Shown here in pieces: positions 37,612 to 49,525 of a stretch of DNA of 64,000 bases. The DNA is taken from NCBI GenBank assembly GCA_030390025.1, contig JASTWF010000345.1, positions 248,001 through 312,000 on the forward strand. Direction: 5' to 3'. Source of the stretch: Squalus acanthias (taxonomy: Eukaryota). Position 1 is the stretch's first letter. Each line of letters starts with the position of its first letter. The notes under the pieces are model-generated. The model ran no database searches. It was given only the letters and a program-made list of their open reading frames with translations, and was not told where the DNA came from. The translations under genes and the position numbers were made by a program.

Positions 37612-37796
37612 GTGTGGCCTCTGTGTTCTGGGACGTGGAAGTTCAAGAGTGAGGGCTCAGGGCGATTTCCATGTAGAATGATGGTGGTGACACTGAGCGC
37701 AAACCACCGTTTATTGGACAGATGATGCCTGGGGTTTGAGACTGTCGGACTTATATTCATCTCCATGTGCCAGCCACCTGTGGTTGAAGCGTAAGC

Positions 37797-38030
37797 TTAC
37801 GCAAATCTGGCATGGATGAGTGCATTCCTTGCCTGTCGGCCAGCAATGTGGTCGCCTGCTGCTGGATTGGCCACATCCGGCCCCGCAAGGCGTCGCTGCC
37901 CGTCCTCCTCCTCATCCTCCTCCTCGTCCTCTTCACCTTCCTCCATGGAGGCTGTGTGCTGAGCCACTTGTTCATCCGGCAGCACTGAGCCGCGCTGCTC
38001 TTCCTCCGAATCTGACGACCAGGATGAGAG
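37797..38030 (-). pseudogene. Harbinger transposase acidic C-terminus
   Basis: Acidic run EEGEEDEEEDEEED followed by AGRQARNALIHARF, the G..R..LI...F ending typical of Harbinger transposases. Confidence 0.7.
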
Positions 38031-38689
38031 GATGTAAATGGTTCCCATCCCGTTTTTATAAATTTCAGTTGAGGCAAGAAGCTTGCAAGTGCACACTCAA
38101 AGTGGCCTGAAATTATTCCAATCAGTTCAAACAGCAGATGTGTGTCAGCTTGACCAGTCACAAGGTCAGTAGATTTGCAAAATTTTATCCCAAACCTCCA
38201 ACAACAAAGTTGTTGCATTTGAATGCCAGCCATGTTACAGGAGCGCTTTTAAAGTTCTGCACCAATAATGACTACATATCATGTCCTCCACCAACTCATC
38301 TCCTTGCAGCTGGACTGTTTCTGACAAGACAGGAAACAGGAGCCAGAGGCACAAAAATGGGAAACCTCTGTCAAAATAGGATTAGCAAGGCAGTTAACAG
38401 GCTCTTAACTGCCTTAACTACCTGTCCCACCGGTTGGAGCCGGGTCAGTTTGGGAGTAGCTGGACAGACACTCACGGAAATTGCGTGGTGGCGGGATGGA
38501 GGCGGGTTGGGTGTCTGAAGCCATTTTTTCCAATTTTCGCAGCTGACCCGCCTCCAAACCCGCCTCCTCAGGGCTGTTAAAATCGAGCCCCTACATTACG
38601 TCTGAAGGTGGCCAGGTGATCTATTTACAGGCCAGTGACAATGCATATTCTTGACCCAGCAACTCACAGATCCTGATTTTGGTTACCAA

Positions 38690-38936
38690 GGGGTAGATTT
38701 TCCTCTTTACCGCTCGGGCATTAAGCATCACTTGAGCACAGCTCATAAAGGAAAATCTGGTGGGGAAGTTTGCAAGCCCCTTACAGAACCCACCGAATTT
38801 TCCTTCCATTCATTTTAATAGAAGGAAAACCGGCAGATTCTGTTATAGACGTGCGAACTTCACTGCCAGATTTTCCTGTCTCCGCTTCGTGCAGTCAATT
38901 CTTAACGGCCAGGCGGTAAAGACGAAATTCTATGCC
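38690..38936. mobile_element. Small Harbinger-type MITE
   Basis: About 35-bp imperfect TIR (ggggtagattttcctctttaccgc / gcggtaaagacgaaattctatgcc); TSD CAA. Confidence 0.78.
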
Positions 38937-38980
38937 CAAGGTTCTAAACCTGGAAGCTTTTTGGAGAAAGCAAAGACATT

Positions 38981-39807
38981 GGGCTGGATTTTGTCAGCCC
39001 CGAGGAGGTGGGTATGGAGGCGGGACTGCCGGTAAAGTTGCAGAATTTGGGGGCGGGTGGCAAACGCGCCCCCAACCCGCCTCCGTGCCCTCTTGCCAGG
39101 AGGCGGGAAGCCATCTCCTTGAGGCGGGAAATGAATTAAAACCTATTAACTGCCTGTTAACAGGTAATTAACAGGCAGAAAATAGGATTATTCCCATTTT
39201 ACCTTCCCAAGTACAGGCTTCCCGACCTCGGGGAACCCCGCCAGGGTGGAGGAGGTGAGTAGGAGGTCTGCGGGGGTCGGAGGGGTCTGAAAGTGCAATG
39301 TAGAGGTGAGTGATGGGTGCAAGTGTGGAGTGGTAAATATGTAAGGTAAGTGTTAAGTGTTAGAAAATGTTCACTTACCTTTGTTTCTGCCTACAGCCTT
39401 CAGCCGCTGAAAGCCGGAGTCCCGACATCTCCATTGTAGATTTCACAGACTGGCTGTTGGATCCTCTGAACCAGCAGCCAGGTGATTTCTGCAAAGTTGA
39501 AAGGTTTGATGAGTCCTGAGCACAAGGAATCATCAAACTACACAGAATGTCAGTGTTTGACAGCTTCACAGAGCTGTCAAACACTGACATTTCTTCTTTC
39601 AAAAAATCTTGACAGATGGCATGTCATACGTTGACGTGCTCTGTCAATGACTTCCCCCTATTTGGCCTGCTGAGTCCGCTGGGTGGGCTTAACAAGGTCA
39701 ATCAGGGGAAAATCCCTCCGGTTGGTCAGAAGCTGATGGAGGCGGGATTGAAAGCCGGCAAGCAGCAGTCCCGCCTCCAAATACTTCCCATTGACAAAAT
39801 CCAGCCC
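38981..39807. mobile_element. Harbinger-type MITE, copy 3
   Basis: Perfect 16-bp TIR gggctggattttgtca / tgacaaaatccagccc; flanks att/atc. Confidence 0.92.
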
Positions 39808-39811
39808 ATCT

Positions 39812-39890
39812 TCTTTTCCACATTCATTATGTTGGGGATGTAGACATCGCTGGCAAGGCCAATATTTATTGCCCATTCCTAGTTGCAGCT
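39812..39890 (-). repeat. 3' tail of the tRNA-headed LINE family (or of a SINE sharing it)
   Basis: gggatgtagacatcgctggcaaggcc...tttattgcccattccta is the reverse complement of the 15440-15500 tail. Confidence 0.75.
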
Positions 39891-40957
39891 TAAGGCAGTG
39901 CTATAAATTCTTTTGAACTGAAAGTATATTTCACGCAGCAGAAGAGAGGGGCGGACATTATTCTTTTATATGACAAATATGGTTTGAAAAGTGATGGGTT
40001 ATTTCTCCACTGAGACCCATTTAATTGTCTTGCCACAAGCCTCTCACTGTTCCAGCATCCTTCCTTTGCTTCTCAATGTTCCTTATTCAAAGAAACAATA
40101 CAGTTTTAAACAACTTTTGACATTTTTCAACATGTTTCGTTACATACCAAATTTGTTTCCATCACGAGGAAAGAGAAACTACCAAGCACTATAATACACC
40201 TTTTTATATTAATTAATAAAGGCCCCTTTCTTTCCAAAATACTCTGGCCGCGATTTTACCGGCGCTCAGAGAAAGGAACCCGGAAACTAGCTGACACGCA
40301 TCCATCCCGACACCGAACGCAAAATCGCGGCCTCTGGTTTCTGTGATGTTCTTTCATTCACTCTCACTAGTCTATCTGCTTTCACTTTTAGCTCTGACTC
40401 CCTGGGGGAAATTTTTTTGGGGGGTCTGCTGGCGCGTTTGGTGGCGGGTCGGGTGGGAAATGTTTTCTTTGTTTTCTATCTCACCTTGGTCCTCAGAATT
40501 CCACCACGAACAGCTCCAACACCAGCAGCACCAGGCACACCAGCAGCACCAACAACAACACCAACCTTCTCCGCAATCAACTGATGCTGCACAGGACAGA
40601 AGGCATCAGCATCCGACCACATTGCTGCCCGGGAGGCCAGGGATGGCCTCACTATGGCCAGATTTACTTCACTTGATGCTCTACACCCTGGCTGCCACAT
40701 GATGCACCAGGTTGGCACCACCCCACAGCAACACCATAAAGTATCCCTACAATGCCCAAGCCATTCCTTTCACACTCATCAGCATTGCGGGTGGTACCAT
40801 TATTTCTCAACATTCGCTGCAACTCACTAAGCCACTTCCAAAGGTGCACACAAATCTGTCCAAGAACGCAAAGTGTTGAAAATAAAGGATTCAATGTTTG
40901 ACACCACATTAACAGAAACTTTACATGAACATTGGCTAAAACACACAAGTGTCTATC

Positions 40958-41187
40958 CTTTCTTCACCCAGAGAATGGTGAACCTGTGGAATTCTCTGCC
41001 ACAGAAGGCAGTAGAGGCCAATTCATTAAATAGATTCAAGAAGGAGTTGGATATATTTCTTAAGGCTAAAGGTATCAAGGGATATGGGGAGAAAGCAGGG
41101 ACAGGGTACTGAATTTGGATGATCAGCCATGATCGCTTTGAATGGCGAAGCAGGCTAGAGGGGCTGAATGGCCTACTCCTGCTCCTG
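40958..41187 (+). mobile_element. CR1 3' end
   Basis: FFTQRMVNLWNSLP...GYGEKAGTGY-stop plus 3' UTR stem-loop. Confidence 0.9.
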
Positions 41188-41299
41188 CAAGGTAAGTTGG
41201 TGTGAGTAAAGATGTGCAGGAGTAGGGTAGGGAAGGCAGAGTGATGGGGATGTGATGAGTGGCAGAGGAGGATGAGGTTGAGTGTGGCTTTGCAGTAAC

Positions 41300-41530
41300 G
41301 TTTCGTGATCTACTGAGATCATTGAAAGGTTTGCGCCACTGCATCCTGGTCCTCCTGACAATATCCCTGCTTGTGTCCTCCTGTGCAATGTGCAACCAGG
41401 CTGTGTTGATCTCCTGGGGAGATCTCTTCCGCCCATTGGATGGGAAGAGAACCTCCTTGCGTGCTGTGACTCCCTCCATAAGCATATGGAGGGAATCATG
41501 GGAGAGCTGGGTGCAGCCGTGCAGCTCTAT
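41300..41530 (-). pseudogene. Harbinger Myb/SANT-like domain exon
   Basis: MLMEGVTARKEVLFP...AWLHIAQE...QWRKPFNDLSRS, homologous to 37372-37611. Confidence 0.85.
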
Positions 41531-42299
41531 GCAGTGCTTGTCAGTGTTTGCAGCACCTCAATGCTGTAGGACACTGACAGAACAAATGTCAAAATCAATT
41601 TGTGCTTGTTCTATTTAAAGAAATCGGCTGATGACGCGTCATCAAATGACGTCATCAGACCCGCTTGCTTCAATTGGCCGGCAAACGCGCTGGGTGGGCT
41701 TAACAAGCCCAATCAAAGTAAAATCATTCTGCAGAGTGGGCTGGAGCCAGCAGCGAGGTCAGGACCCGCCACCGATGTCGCCCGCCATGGACCCGCCAAG
41801 GTAGGGGAAATCGCGGCCCCTGTTTCTGTCTCATCCACACTAATGTTTTTACTCTGGTTATCTCACATACCACCTTCTCTTTGAAACATCTCTCTCCGAT
41901 ATTATAGCCTTTTCTCCCAACATCTTTCAAACTCCTGTGTCTGACTGCCCCAGGCATTTTTCTCTCACTGATTTACCATCCTCAAGCCAATTCTTTTGTG
42001 CGCTTCATAAATTCTACATTTTCATTTTTGCTTCATGTCTGCATACACTGCGGTAGCCCAACCATTCCTGAACTTGAGGCACAAAATGAGCATGCAGTGA
42101 AAAACAGCACAGATTCACATCAGTATCAACATGTAGGTGTCCAAACTTACACTTAAATATTATGCTTTTTTAACTCATTATTCAATAGTAAGTACAACTT
42201 CAGTATTAACTATATATTCAACATGAGCTTGCTGGATTACTAAAAGGAAATCAAGTTGGAAGACAACACACATATGCGTTGTGAGTTCTGCTTTACCTT

Positions 42300-44180
42300 T
42301 GAATCATCAGAATGATAGAATAATACAACACAGAAGGAGGCCATTCGGTCCATCATGCCAGTACCTGCTCTTTGAAAGAGCTATTCAATTAGTCCCACTT
42401 ACCTGCTCTTTCCCCATAGCCCTGCAAATATTTCCCCATCAGGTATTTTATTCAATTTCCTTTTGAAACTTATTATTGAATCAGCTTCCACCACCCTTTC
42501 AGGTAGAGCATTCCAGATCATAACAACTCGCTGCATAAAAAAATTCTCCTCATCGCGCCTCTGGCTTTTTTGCTTACCTTAAACCTGTATCCTCTGGCCA
42601 CCAACTTTTCTGCCACTGGAAACAGTTTCTTCTTATTCACTCTATCAAAACCCTTCATGATTTTGAACACCTCTATTAAATCTCCTCATGTGGGAGCTTA
42701 CTGTGCGCAAATTGGCTGCCGAGTTTCCTACATTGACTACTCTTCAAAAAGTACTTCATTGGCTGTTAAGTGCTTTGGGACGTCCAGTGGTCGTGAAAGG
42801 CACTATATAAATGCAAGTTCTTCTTTTTTTCTTTCTTTCATAACCTTTTCTACTCTACAGAGAACAACTCCAACTTCACGCATATCTCCCCTGCACCCTC
42901 TCGAAGGCCTTGGCATCCTTCTTAAATTGTGGTGCCCAGAATTGGACACAATACTCCAGCTGGGGACTAACCAGTGATTTATAAAAGTTTAGCATGACTT
43001 CCTTTCTTTTGTACTCTATTCCTCTGTTTATAAAGTCATAGTTCCCATATGCTTTTTTAACTACTTTCTCAACCTGTCCTGCCACCTTCAAAGATTGGTG
43101 TACATACACACCCAGGTCTCTGTGGTCCTACATCCCCTTTAAAATTGTACCATTTAGTTTATATTGCCTCTCCTAATTCTATCTACCAAAATGTATCACT
43201 TCACTCTTCTCTGCATTAAATGTCATCGGCCATGTGTCTGCCCATTTCACCAGTCTATGTCCTCCTGAAGTCTGTTACTATCCTCCTCACTGTTTACTAC
43301 ATTTCCGAGCTTTGTATCATCTGCAAACTTTGAAATTATGCCCTGTGTATCCAAGTCCAGGTCATTAATATATATCAAAAAGAGCAGTGATCCTAATAGT
43401 GACCCTGGGAGACATCACTTCCCTCTAGTCTGAAAAATAACTGTTCACCACTACTCTCTGCTTTCTGTCTCTTAGCCAATTTCGTATCCACACTTCCACT
43501 GTCCCTTTAAACCCATGGGCTTGAATTTTGCGAACAAGACTATTATGTGGTACTTTATCAAACGCCTTTGAAAGTCCATATACGCAACATCAACCTTAAT
43601 GAACCCTCTCCGTTACTTCATCAAATAACTCAATCAAGTTAGTCAAACACGATTTGCCTTTAACAAATCCATGCTGGTTGTCATTTATTAACCCATATTT
43701 TTCTAAGTGACAATTAATTTTGTCTTGGATTATTGGCTCTAAAAGTTTCCCCACCATCACTTTTACTTTTATATGTTTATAAAATCCCTTACCATTTCAT
43801 TTTATATGTCAATCTTTTTAATGTTATTTTTAGCTCTTCTTGCCTCATAATTCCCTTCCCCCTACACTTTCTATATTCCTTATGATTATCTTTGGTATTG
43901 TTTGCCCTAACTTTATCATATGCCTCACTTTTCAATTTGAATTTAGTTTTTAGCTTTATATTTATCCACCAAAATCTATTATTTAATGTACCCCCAACAC
44001 TTATAGGAATATATTTATTTTGTACTCTATCCATCTCATGTTTGAAGATTTCCCACTGCTGATCAGTTGACCTGTTTGCTAACTTTTTTGATGAGTTATT
44101 TGGGCCATCTTGCTGAACTTTGCCTTTTTTCCAGTCCAGCACTCTAATCTTTTATTCTTCGTTATCCTTTTCCATTCTTA
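42300..44180 (-). mobile_element. Decayed CR1 LINE with deletions and a DeuSINE insertion
   Basis: HQSLKVAGQVEKVVKKAYG, QLEYCVQFW, LDWKK...QQWEIFK; CR1 tail at about 42300-42360. Confidence 0.88.
42687..42830 (+). repeat. DeuSINE 3' fragment inside the CR1
   Basis: tgtgggagctt...caaattggctgcc...aaaggcactatataaatgcaag is the reverse complement of 15745-15880. Confidence 0.85.
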
Positions 44181-45804
44181 CAGGAGACGGTACTGACCGC
44201 TTTTCCTAAAGCTGTACAGTGATTTGGTAACTGTTGCATTTGTTTTTATTTGCTTTTTTGGCTTCCTTTAAATGCATTTGTTTAAGTGCATTTTTAAGAA
44301 AAAATTTCAGTATAATTTAGCCTTTTACTTATTTTTGGTTTACCACATACCAATCTGTGATTTGCAACAGTCCCCGGTGATGGGATCAACATTGCTTTTG
44401 AAATTTCCCTTCCCCTCAATGAGCTGGAGGACAAGGAGAAATTCCAGAGGGTTCATCAGAGGAAGGTCTGCCCTTACCAGAGGAGTTTGCCCAGACCCAC
44501 AATTACCCTACATAGATGTGTTCATTAATGCCACCTTGCTTCTTGGACATTGCTACTTGGACACTGCCTTTGGCACCTACACTCAACCAGTGACGTCTTT
44601 CTGTAGATTGGGATTGTGCCCTGTAGGTGGCACTTGCTGGCACCAGCAGAAAAGTCATCTTGAAAGGTTGTAAGTTGAAGAAGCACATGCACAGTGATTG
44701 ACATGTGCATGCCAATAGGGTGTCAGTCATTGTGCAACATACATCTAGGTTGCTCTACAATTACTTGAGGGGCTGAATGTTCCTCTTTGCGTTGGTGTTC
44801 CGATGGGGCGAGACCTCTGCCCAGCCCTCTGACACCGCCCTGCCGGTCAGCACAACAGAGGAAAATCCCGGTGGTGCTGCAGCAGGTACACCACCGCAGC
44901 ATTCCAAGAGGTGGCAAGGGACCTTGAAGGAGCAAAAGCCCCAATGACAAAAATGACAAATTAATGTTTTTGTGCTTTGGCCGAGACTTTACATGCGGTG
45001 GGCAGGGAAGGGGCAGCCAGCAGTGGTCTCGGTGAGGGTGCTGGGAATTGAGGTTGCGACAGTGAGGCTGCAATTGGCCTCACTACACCATTTTCCTCTA
45101 TTTCAGCCGTGATCCCACCCGATTTCAGGCAGGATTACTGAGGAAAATGTTATGGCCTTGAAAGATTTGAGTGATGCAAGGATTTGAATTCTATATTGTA
45201 TTTTGAAGGTATGCTTTCCTGAAGTATGCGTATGCATGAGTTGCAAGGAACAAGCTGTAAGGTTGTGTGAGGGATTGGCATAGTATGGAGTACATGTGAA
45301 ATAGGCAATACTTTGTGGCAAATAGTCTTTGGGTTGGCTACTCATTTCCCGTGCCAGATTTCTTTAAGTGTGCGATCTTCTTCTCCATCTGTTCCCAGGT
45401 CCTATAGGACACAGTATTAAACATGGTTACTAAGAATAGTCCTCTGGCTCAGATATTCTGAAGTGCCAAAATGAGCAACCTTCCTCGCACTGACCTCATG
45501 CAGCTGCATATACATTTAGCCATCCATCAAACACAGGGTAGGCTCTAACTTGTGCTTCTAAATTGGGTTGCTTTCACTTTATTTATGATTGCGACTTCTC
45601 CCCCATCGTCAACCTTGGCTAAGACTGACAAATATCTGAAATTGATTTTGGATCATGATAAAGGGTGAAGCAAAATCCTCATATGCAACCACTTACCTTT
45701 AAGTGTGCAAGTCCCTTTAATATGGGCCTGCTGGCCAGATTTTCTGATTATCTCGTTGGGCTTGTTCCCTGCACAAAGCTAAAGCTGTGCTGCCAGCTAT
45801 GAAC

Positions 45805-45980
45805 AATATTAGATATTAGGAGGGGTGACCAAAAGCTTGGACAAAAAGGTAGGTTATAAGAAGGGTCTTAAAAGAGGAAAGGGAGGTGGAGGGAGGGAAT
45901 TCCAAAGCATAGGGCCTAGGCAGCTGAAGGTGTGGCCACCAATGGTGGGGTGAAGGCAGAGGTGGGTGCACAAGAGGCCA
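45805..45980 (-). repeat. L2 3' fragment
   Basis: ggtgaccaaaagcttgg, gggaattccaaagcatagggcctaggcagctgaagg. Confidence 0.75.
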
Positions 45981-46324
45981 GATGAGTAAAAGTAATAAGT
46001 TAGTGAGAAAGTTAATTCCCTAATTTGCATCACTGGCAAGGGAATACTCAATAAACGGTAGGATACTGAGAAGTATAGAGGAACAGAGGGACCTTGGAGT
46101 GCATGTCTACAGATCCCTGAAGGTAGCAGGACAGGTAGATAAAGTGGTTAAGAAGGCATACAGGATACTCTCCTTTATTAGCCAAGGCATAGAATATAAG
46201 AGCAGTGAGGTTATGCTTGAACAGTATAAAACACTAGTTAGGCCACAGTTAGAGTAATGTGTACAGTTCTGGTCACCACATAACAGGAAAGATGTGATTG
46301 CACTAGGTAGGGTACAGAGGAGAT

Positions 46325-46904
46325 TTCTTCTTCTTAGGCAGTCCCTCGGAACTGAGGATGACTTGCTTCCACATTAAAAATGAGTTCTCAGGTGACTGAT
46401 GAGTCCAATGCGGGACCTACAGTCTCTGTCACAGGTGGGGCAGACGGTGGTTGAAGGGACGGGTGGGTGGGGTGCTTGGGTTGCGAAATGTCTGAGCTCC
46501 CGGGCAACGATAGCAGTACGGCGTTCCGGTCTGTCTCTGTTGGGGTTGTCCATGAGGGTCCTGACGTTCCAGGTCCCGAACTTCATTTTAAAGGGTGGAA
46601 GCTGCCTGTGCGTGAATTCTTTTATCGTGGGGTGGCCGTTGCACACCAGCTACCACACGGGCTTGACAGAGCAAGGTCTTGGTCCAATGGCAAGGGGATC
46701 CAAGATGATTGGAGACCAGGCTCTGCTACAACGGCCTAGCACACACACACAAACATACTCCTACTGTCATCCTCCCTCCTTCCCGCAGGTCCTCTCTGCC
46801 TGGGTTTCATAAGATGCATTGTGGTCCTCCCGACCTCGCTGTTGGCCCGTGCCGCGCCTTCCCTGGGCCCCGACCCCGCTGCTGGTCCACGCTGCGCCAC
46901 TCCT
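46325..46904 (-). mobile_element. Bipartite (internally deleted) RTE-clade element
   Basis: 5' UTR and ORF start (MKFGTWNVRTL) fused at about 46483/46484 to the RTE 3' end (CPTCDRDCRSRIGLISHLRTHF and a (gaa)n tail) shared with 51787-53923. Confidence 0.9.
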
Positions 46905-47238
46905 CGAGGATGTTGCCAGGACTGGAGAATTTTAGCTATGAGGAAAGATTGGATAGGCTGGGGTTGTTTTCTTTGGAACAGAGGAGGCTGAGGGGAGACA
47001 TGATTGAGGTGTATAAAATTATGAGGAGCCCAGATAGAGTGGATAGGAAGGACCTATTTCCCCTAGCAGAGAGGTCAATAACCAGGGAACATAGATTTAA
47101 AGTAATTGGTAGAAGGATTAGAGGGGAGTTGAGGAAAACTTTTTTCACCCAGAGTGTGGTGGGGGTCTGGAACTCACTGCCTGAAAGGGTGGTAGAGGCA
47201 GAGACCCTCATCGCATTTAAAAAGTACTTGGATATGCA

Positions 47239-49525
47239 TAGAAACATAGAAACATAGAAAATAGGTACAGGAGTAGACCATTCGGTCCTTCGAGCCTGCA
47301 CCGCCATTCAATGCGTTCATGGCTGAACATGTTACCTCAGTACCCCATTCCTGCTTTCTCACCATACCCCTTGATCCCCCTAGTTGTGAGTGTTATATCT
47401 AACTCCCTTTTGAATATATTTAGCGAACTGGCCTCAACAACCTTCTGTGGAAGAGAATTCCATAGATTCACCACTCTCTGGGTGAAGAAGTTCCTCCTCA
47501 GCTCAGTCTTAAATGGCTTCCCCTTAATCCTTAGACTGTGACCCCTGGTTCTAGTTTTCCCTAACATTGGGAACATTCTGCCCGCATCTAATTTGTCTAA
47601 ACCAGTCAGGATTTTAAATGTCTCTATAAGATCCCCCCTCATTCTTCTGAACTCCAGAGGATACAAGTTCAGTTGACCCAATCTTTCTTGATATGTCAGT
47701 CCGGCCATCCCAGGAATCAATCTAGTGAACCTTCGCTGCACTCCCTCAATAGCAAGAATGTCCTTCCTTAAGTTAGGAGACCAAAACTGCGCACAATACT
47801 CCAGGTGTGGCCTCACCAAGGCCCTGTACAACTGCAGCATCACCTCCCTACTCCTGTACTCAAATCCCCTTACTATGAAGGCCATCATTCCATTTGCTTT
47901 CTTGACTGCCTGCTGCACTTGCATTCCCACCTTCAGTGACTGATGTACCATGACGCCCAGGTCTCGTTGCACCTCCCCTTTCCCTAATCTGCCACCATTC
48001 AGGTAATAGTCCGCCTCTCTATTTTTACCACCAAAGTGGATAACCTCACATTTATCCACATTGTACTTCATCTGCCATACATTTGCCCATTCACCCAACC
48101 TGTCCAAGTCACTCTGTAGCCTCCTAGCATCCTCCTCATTGTTCACACTGCCTCCCAATTTAGTGTCATCCGCAAATTTGGAGATATTACATTTAATCCC
48201 TTCGTCCAAATCATTAATATATAATGTAAACAGCTGGGGTCCCAGCACCGAACCCTGCGGTACCCCGCTGGTCACTGCCTGCCATTCTGAAAAGTACCCA
48301 TTTACTCCTACTCTTTGTTTCCTGTGTGCCAACCAGTTCTCAATCCACGTCAACACATTACCCCCAATCCCATGTGCTTTAACTTTGCTCACCAATCTCT
48401 TGTGTGGGACCTTGTCGAAGGCCTTCTGAAAGTCCAAATACACCACATCTACTGGTTCCCCCCTGTCCACCCTATTGGAAACATCCTCAAAAAATTCCAG
48501 AAGATTTGTCAAGCATGATTTCCCTTTCACAAATCCATGCTGACTTGGACCTATCATGTCGCCACTTTCCAAATGGTCTGTTATGACATCTTTAATAATT
48601 GCTTCCATCATTTTACCCACGACCGATGTCAGGCTGACCGGTCTATAATTCCCTGCTTTCTCCCTCCCTCCTTTTTTAAAAAGAGGGGTTATATTGGCCA
48701 CCCTCCACTCCATCGGAACTGATCCAGAGTCTAAGGAATGTTGGAAAATGATCGTCAATGCATCCACAATTTCCAAGGCCACCTCCTTAAGTACTCTGGG
48801 ATGCAGACCATCAGGCCCTGGGGATTTTTCAGCCTTCAGTCCCATCAATTTCCCCAATACCTTTTCCCGACTAATAAGGATTTCCCTCAGCTCCTCCCTC
48901 TTACCAGATCCTCTGACCCCTTTTATTTCCGGCAGTTTGTGTGTGTCCTCCACAGTAAACACCGAACCAAAGTACTTGTTCAATTGATCTGCCATTTCCT
49001 TGTTCCCCATTACGACTTCCCCTGTTTCCGACTGCAGGGGACCTACGTTTGTTTTTACTAACCTTTTTCTTTTTACATATTTATAGAAGCTTTTGCAGTC
49101 CATTTTAATGTTCTCTGCAAGCTTCCTTTCATATTTTATTTTCCCTGCCCTAATCAAACCCTTCGTCCTCCTCTGCTGAGTTTTGAAGTTCTCCCAGTCC
49201 CCGGGTTTGCTGCTACTTCTGGCCAATTTGTATGCAACTTCCTTGGTTTTAATACTATCCCTGATTTCCCTTGTTAGCCATGGTTGAGCCACCTTCCCTT
49301 TTTTATTTTTACGCCAGACCGGGATGTACAATTGTTGTAGTTCATCCATGCGATCTCTAAATGTCTGCCATTGCCCTTCCACTGATAGCCCCTTAAATAT
49401 CGCTTGCCAATTTAACCTCACCAATTCACGCCTCATACCCTCAAAGTTGCCCTTATTTAAGTTCTGGACCATGGTCTCTGACTTAACTGTTTCCTTCTCC
49501 ATCCTAATGTAGAACTCCACCATAC
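47239..49525 (-). mobile_element. Young 5'-truncated CR1 LINE
   Basis: TSD or microhomology tatgca (47233-47238, 49526-49531); (tagaaaca)n tail; uninterrupted ORF2. Confidence 0.95.
47337..49525 (-). CDS. CR1 ORF2 reverse transcriptase region, open for about 730 codons but lacking most of the endonuclease and its own start
   Basis: KSPGPDG, NYRPVSLTS, QHGFVKGKSCLTNL, YLDFQKAFDKVPH, GVPQGSVLGP and KFADD all in one frame. Confidence 0.9.

Larger units (their letters stand above)
36915..38590. mobile_element. Internally deleted PIF/Harbinger transposon
   Basis: TIR gggcttgattttaa / ttaaaatcgagccc; TSD CTA (36912-36914, 38591-38593). Carries a Myb/SANT exon and a convergent transposase C-terminus. 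Confidence 0.9.
40246..41819. mobile_element. Internally deleted Harbinger transposon with a nested CR1 tail
   Basis: TIR ggccgcgattt / aaatcgcggcc; minus-strand Myb/SANT exon; Q/H-rich tract at 40500-40570. TSD ambiguous. Confidence 0.82.

Noticed and set aside
40343..40702. Poly-Q/H ORF as a host gene
   Set aside because: Lies inside Harbinger TIRs; low-complexity transposon sequence.
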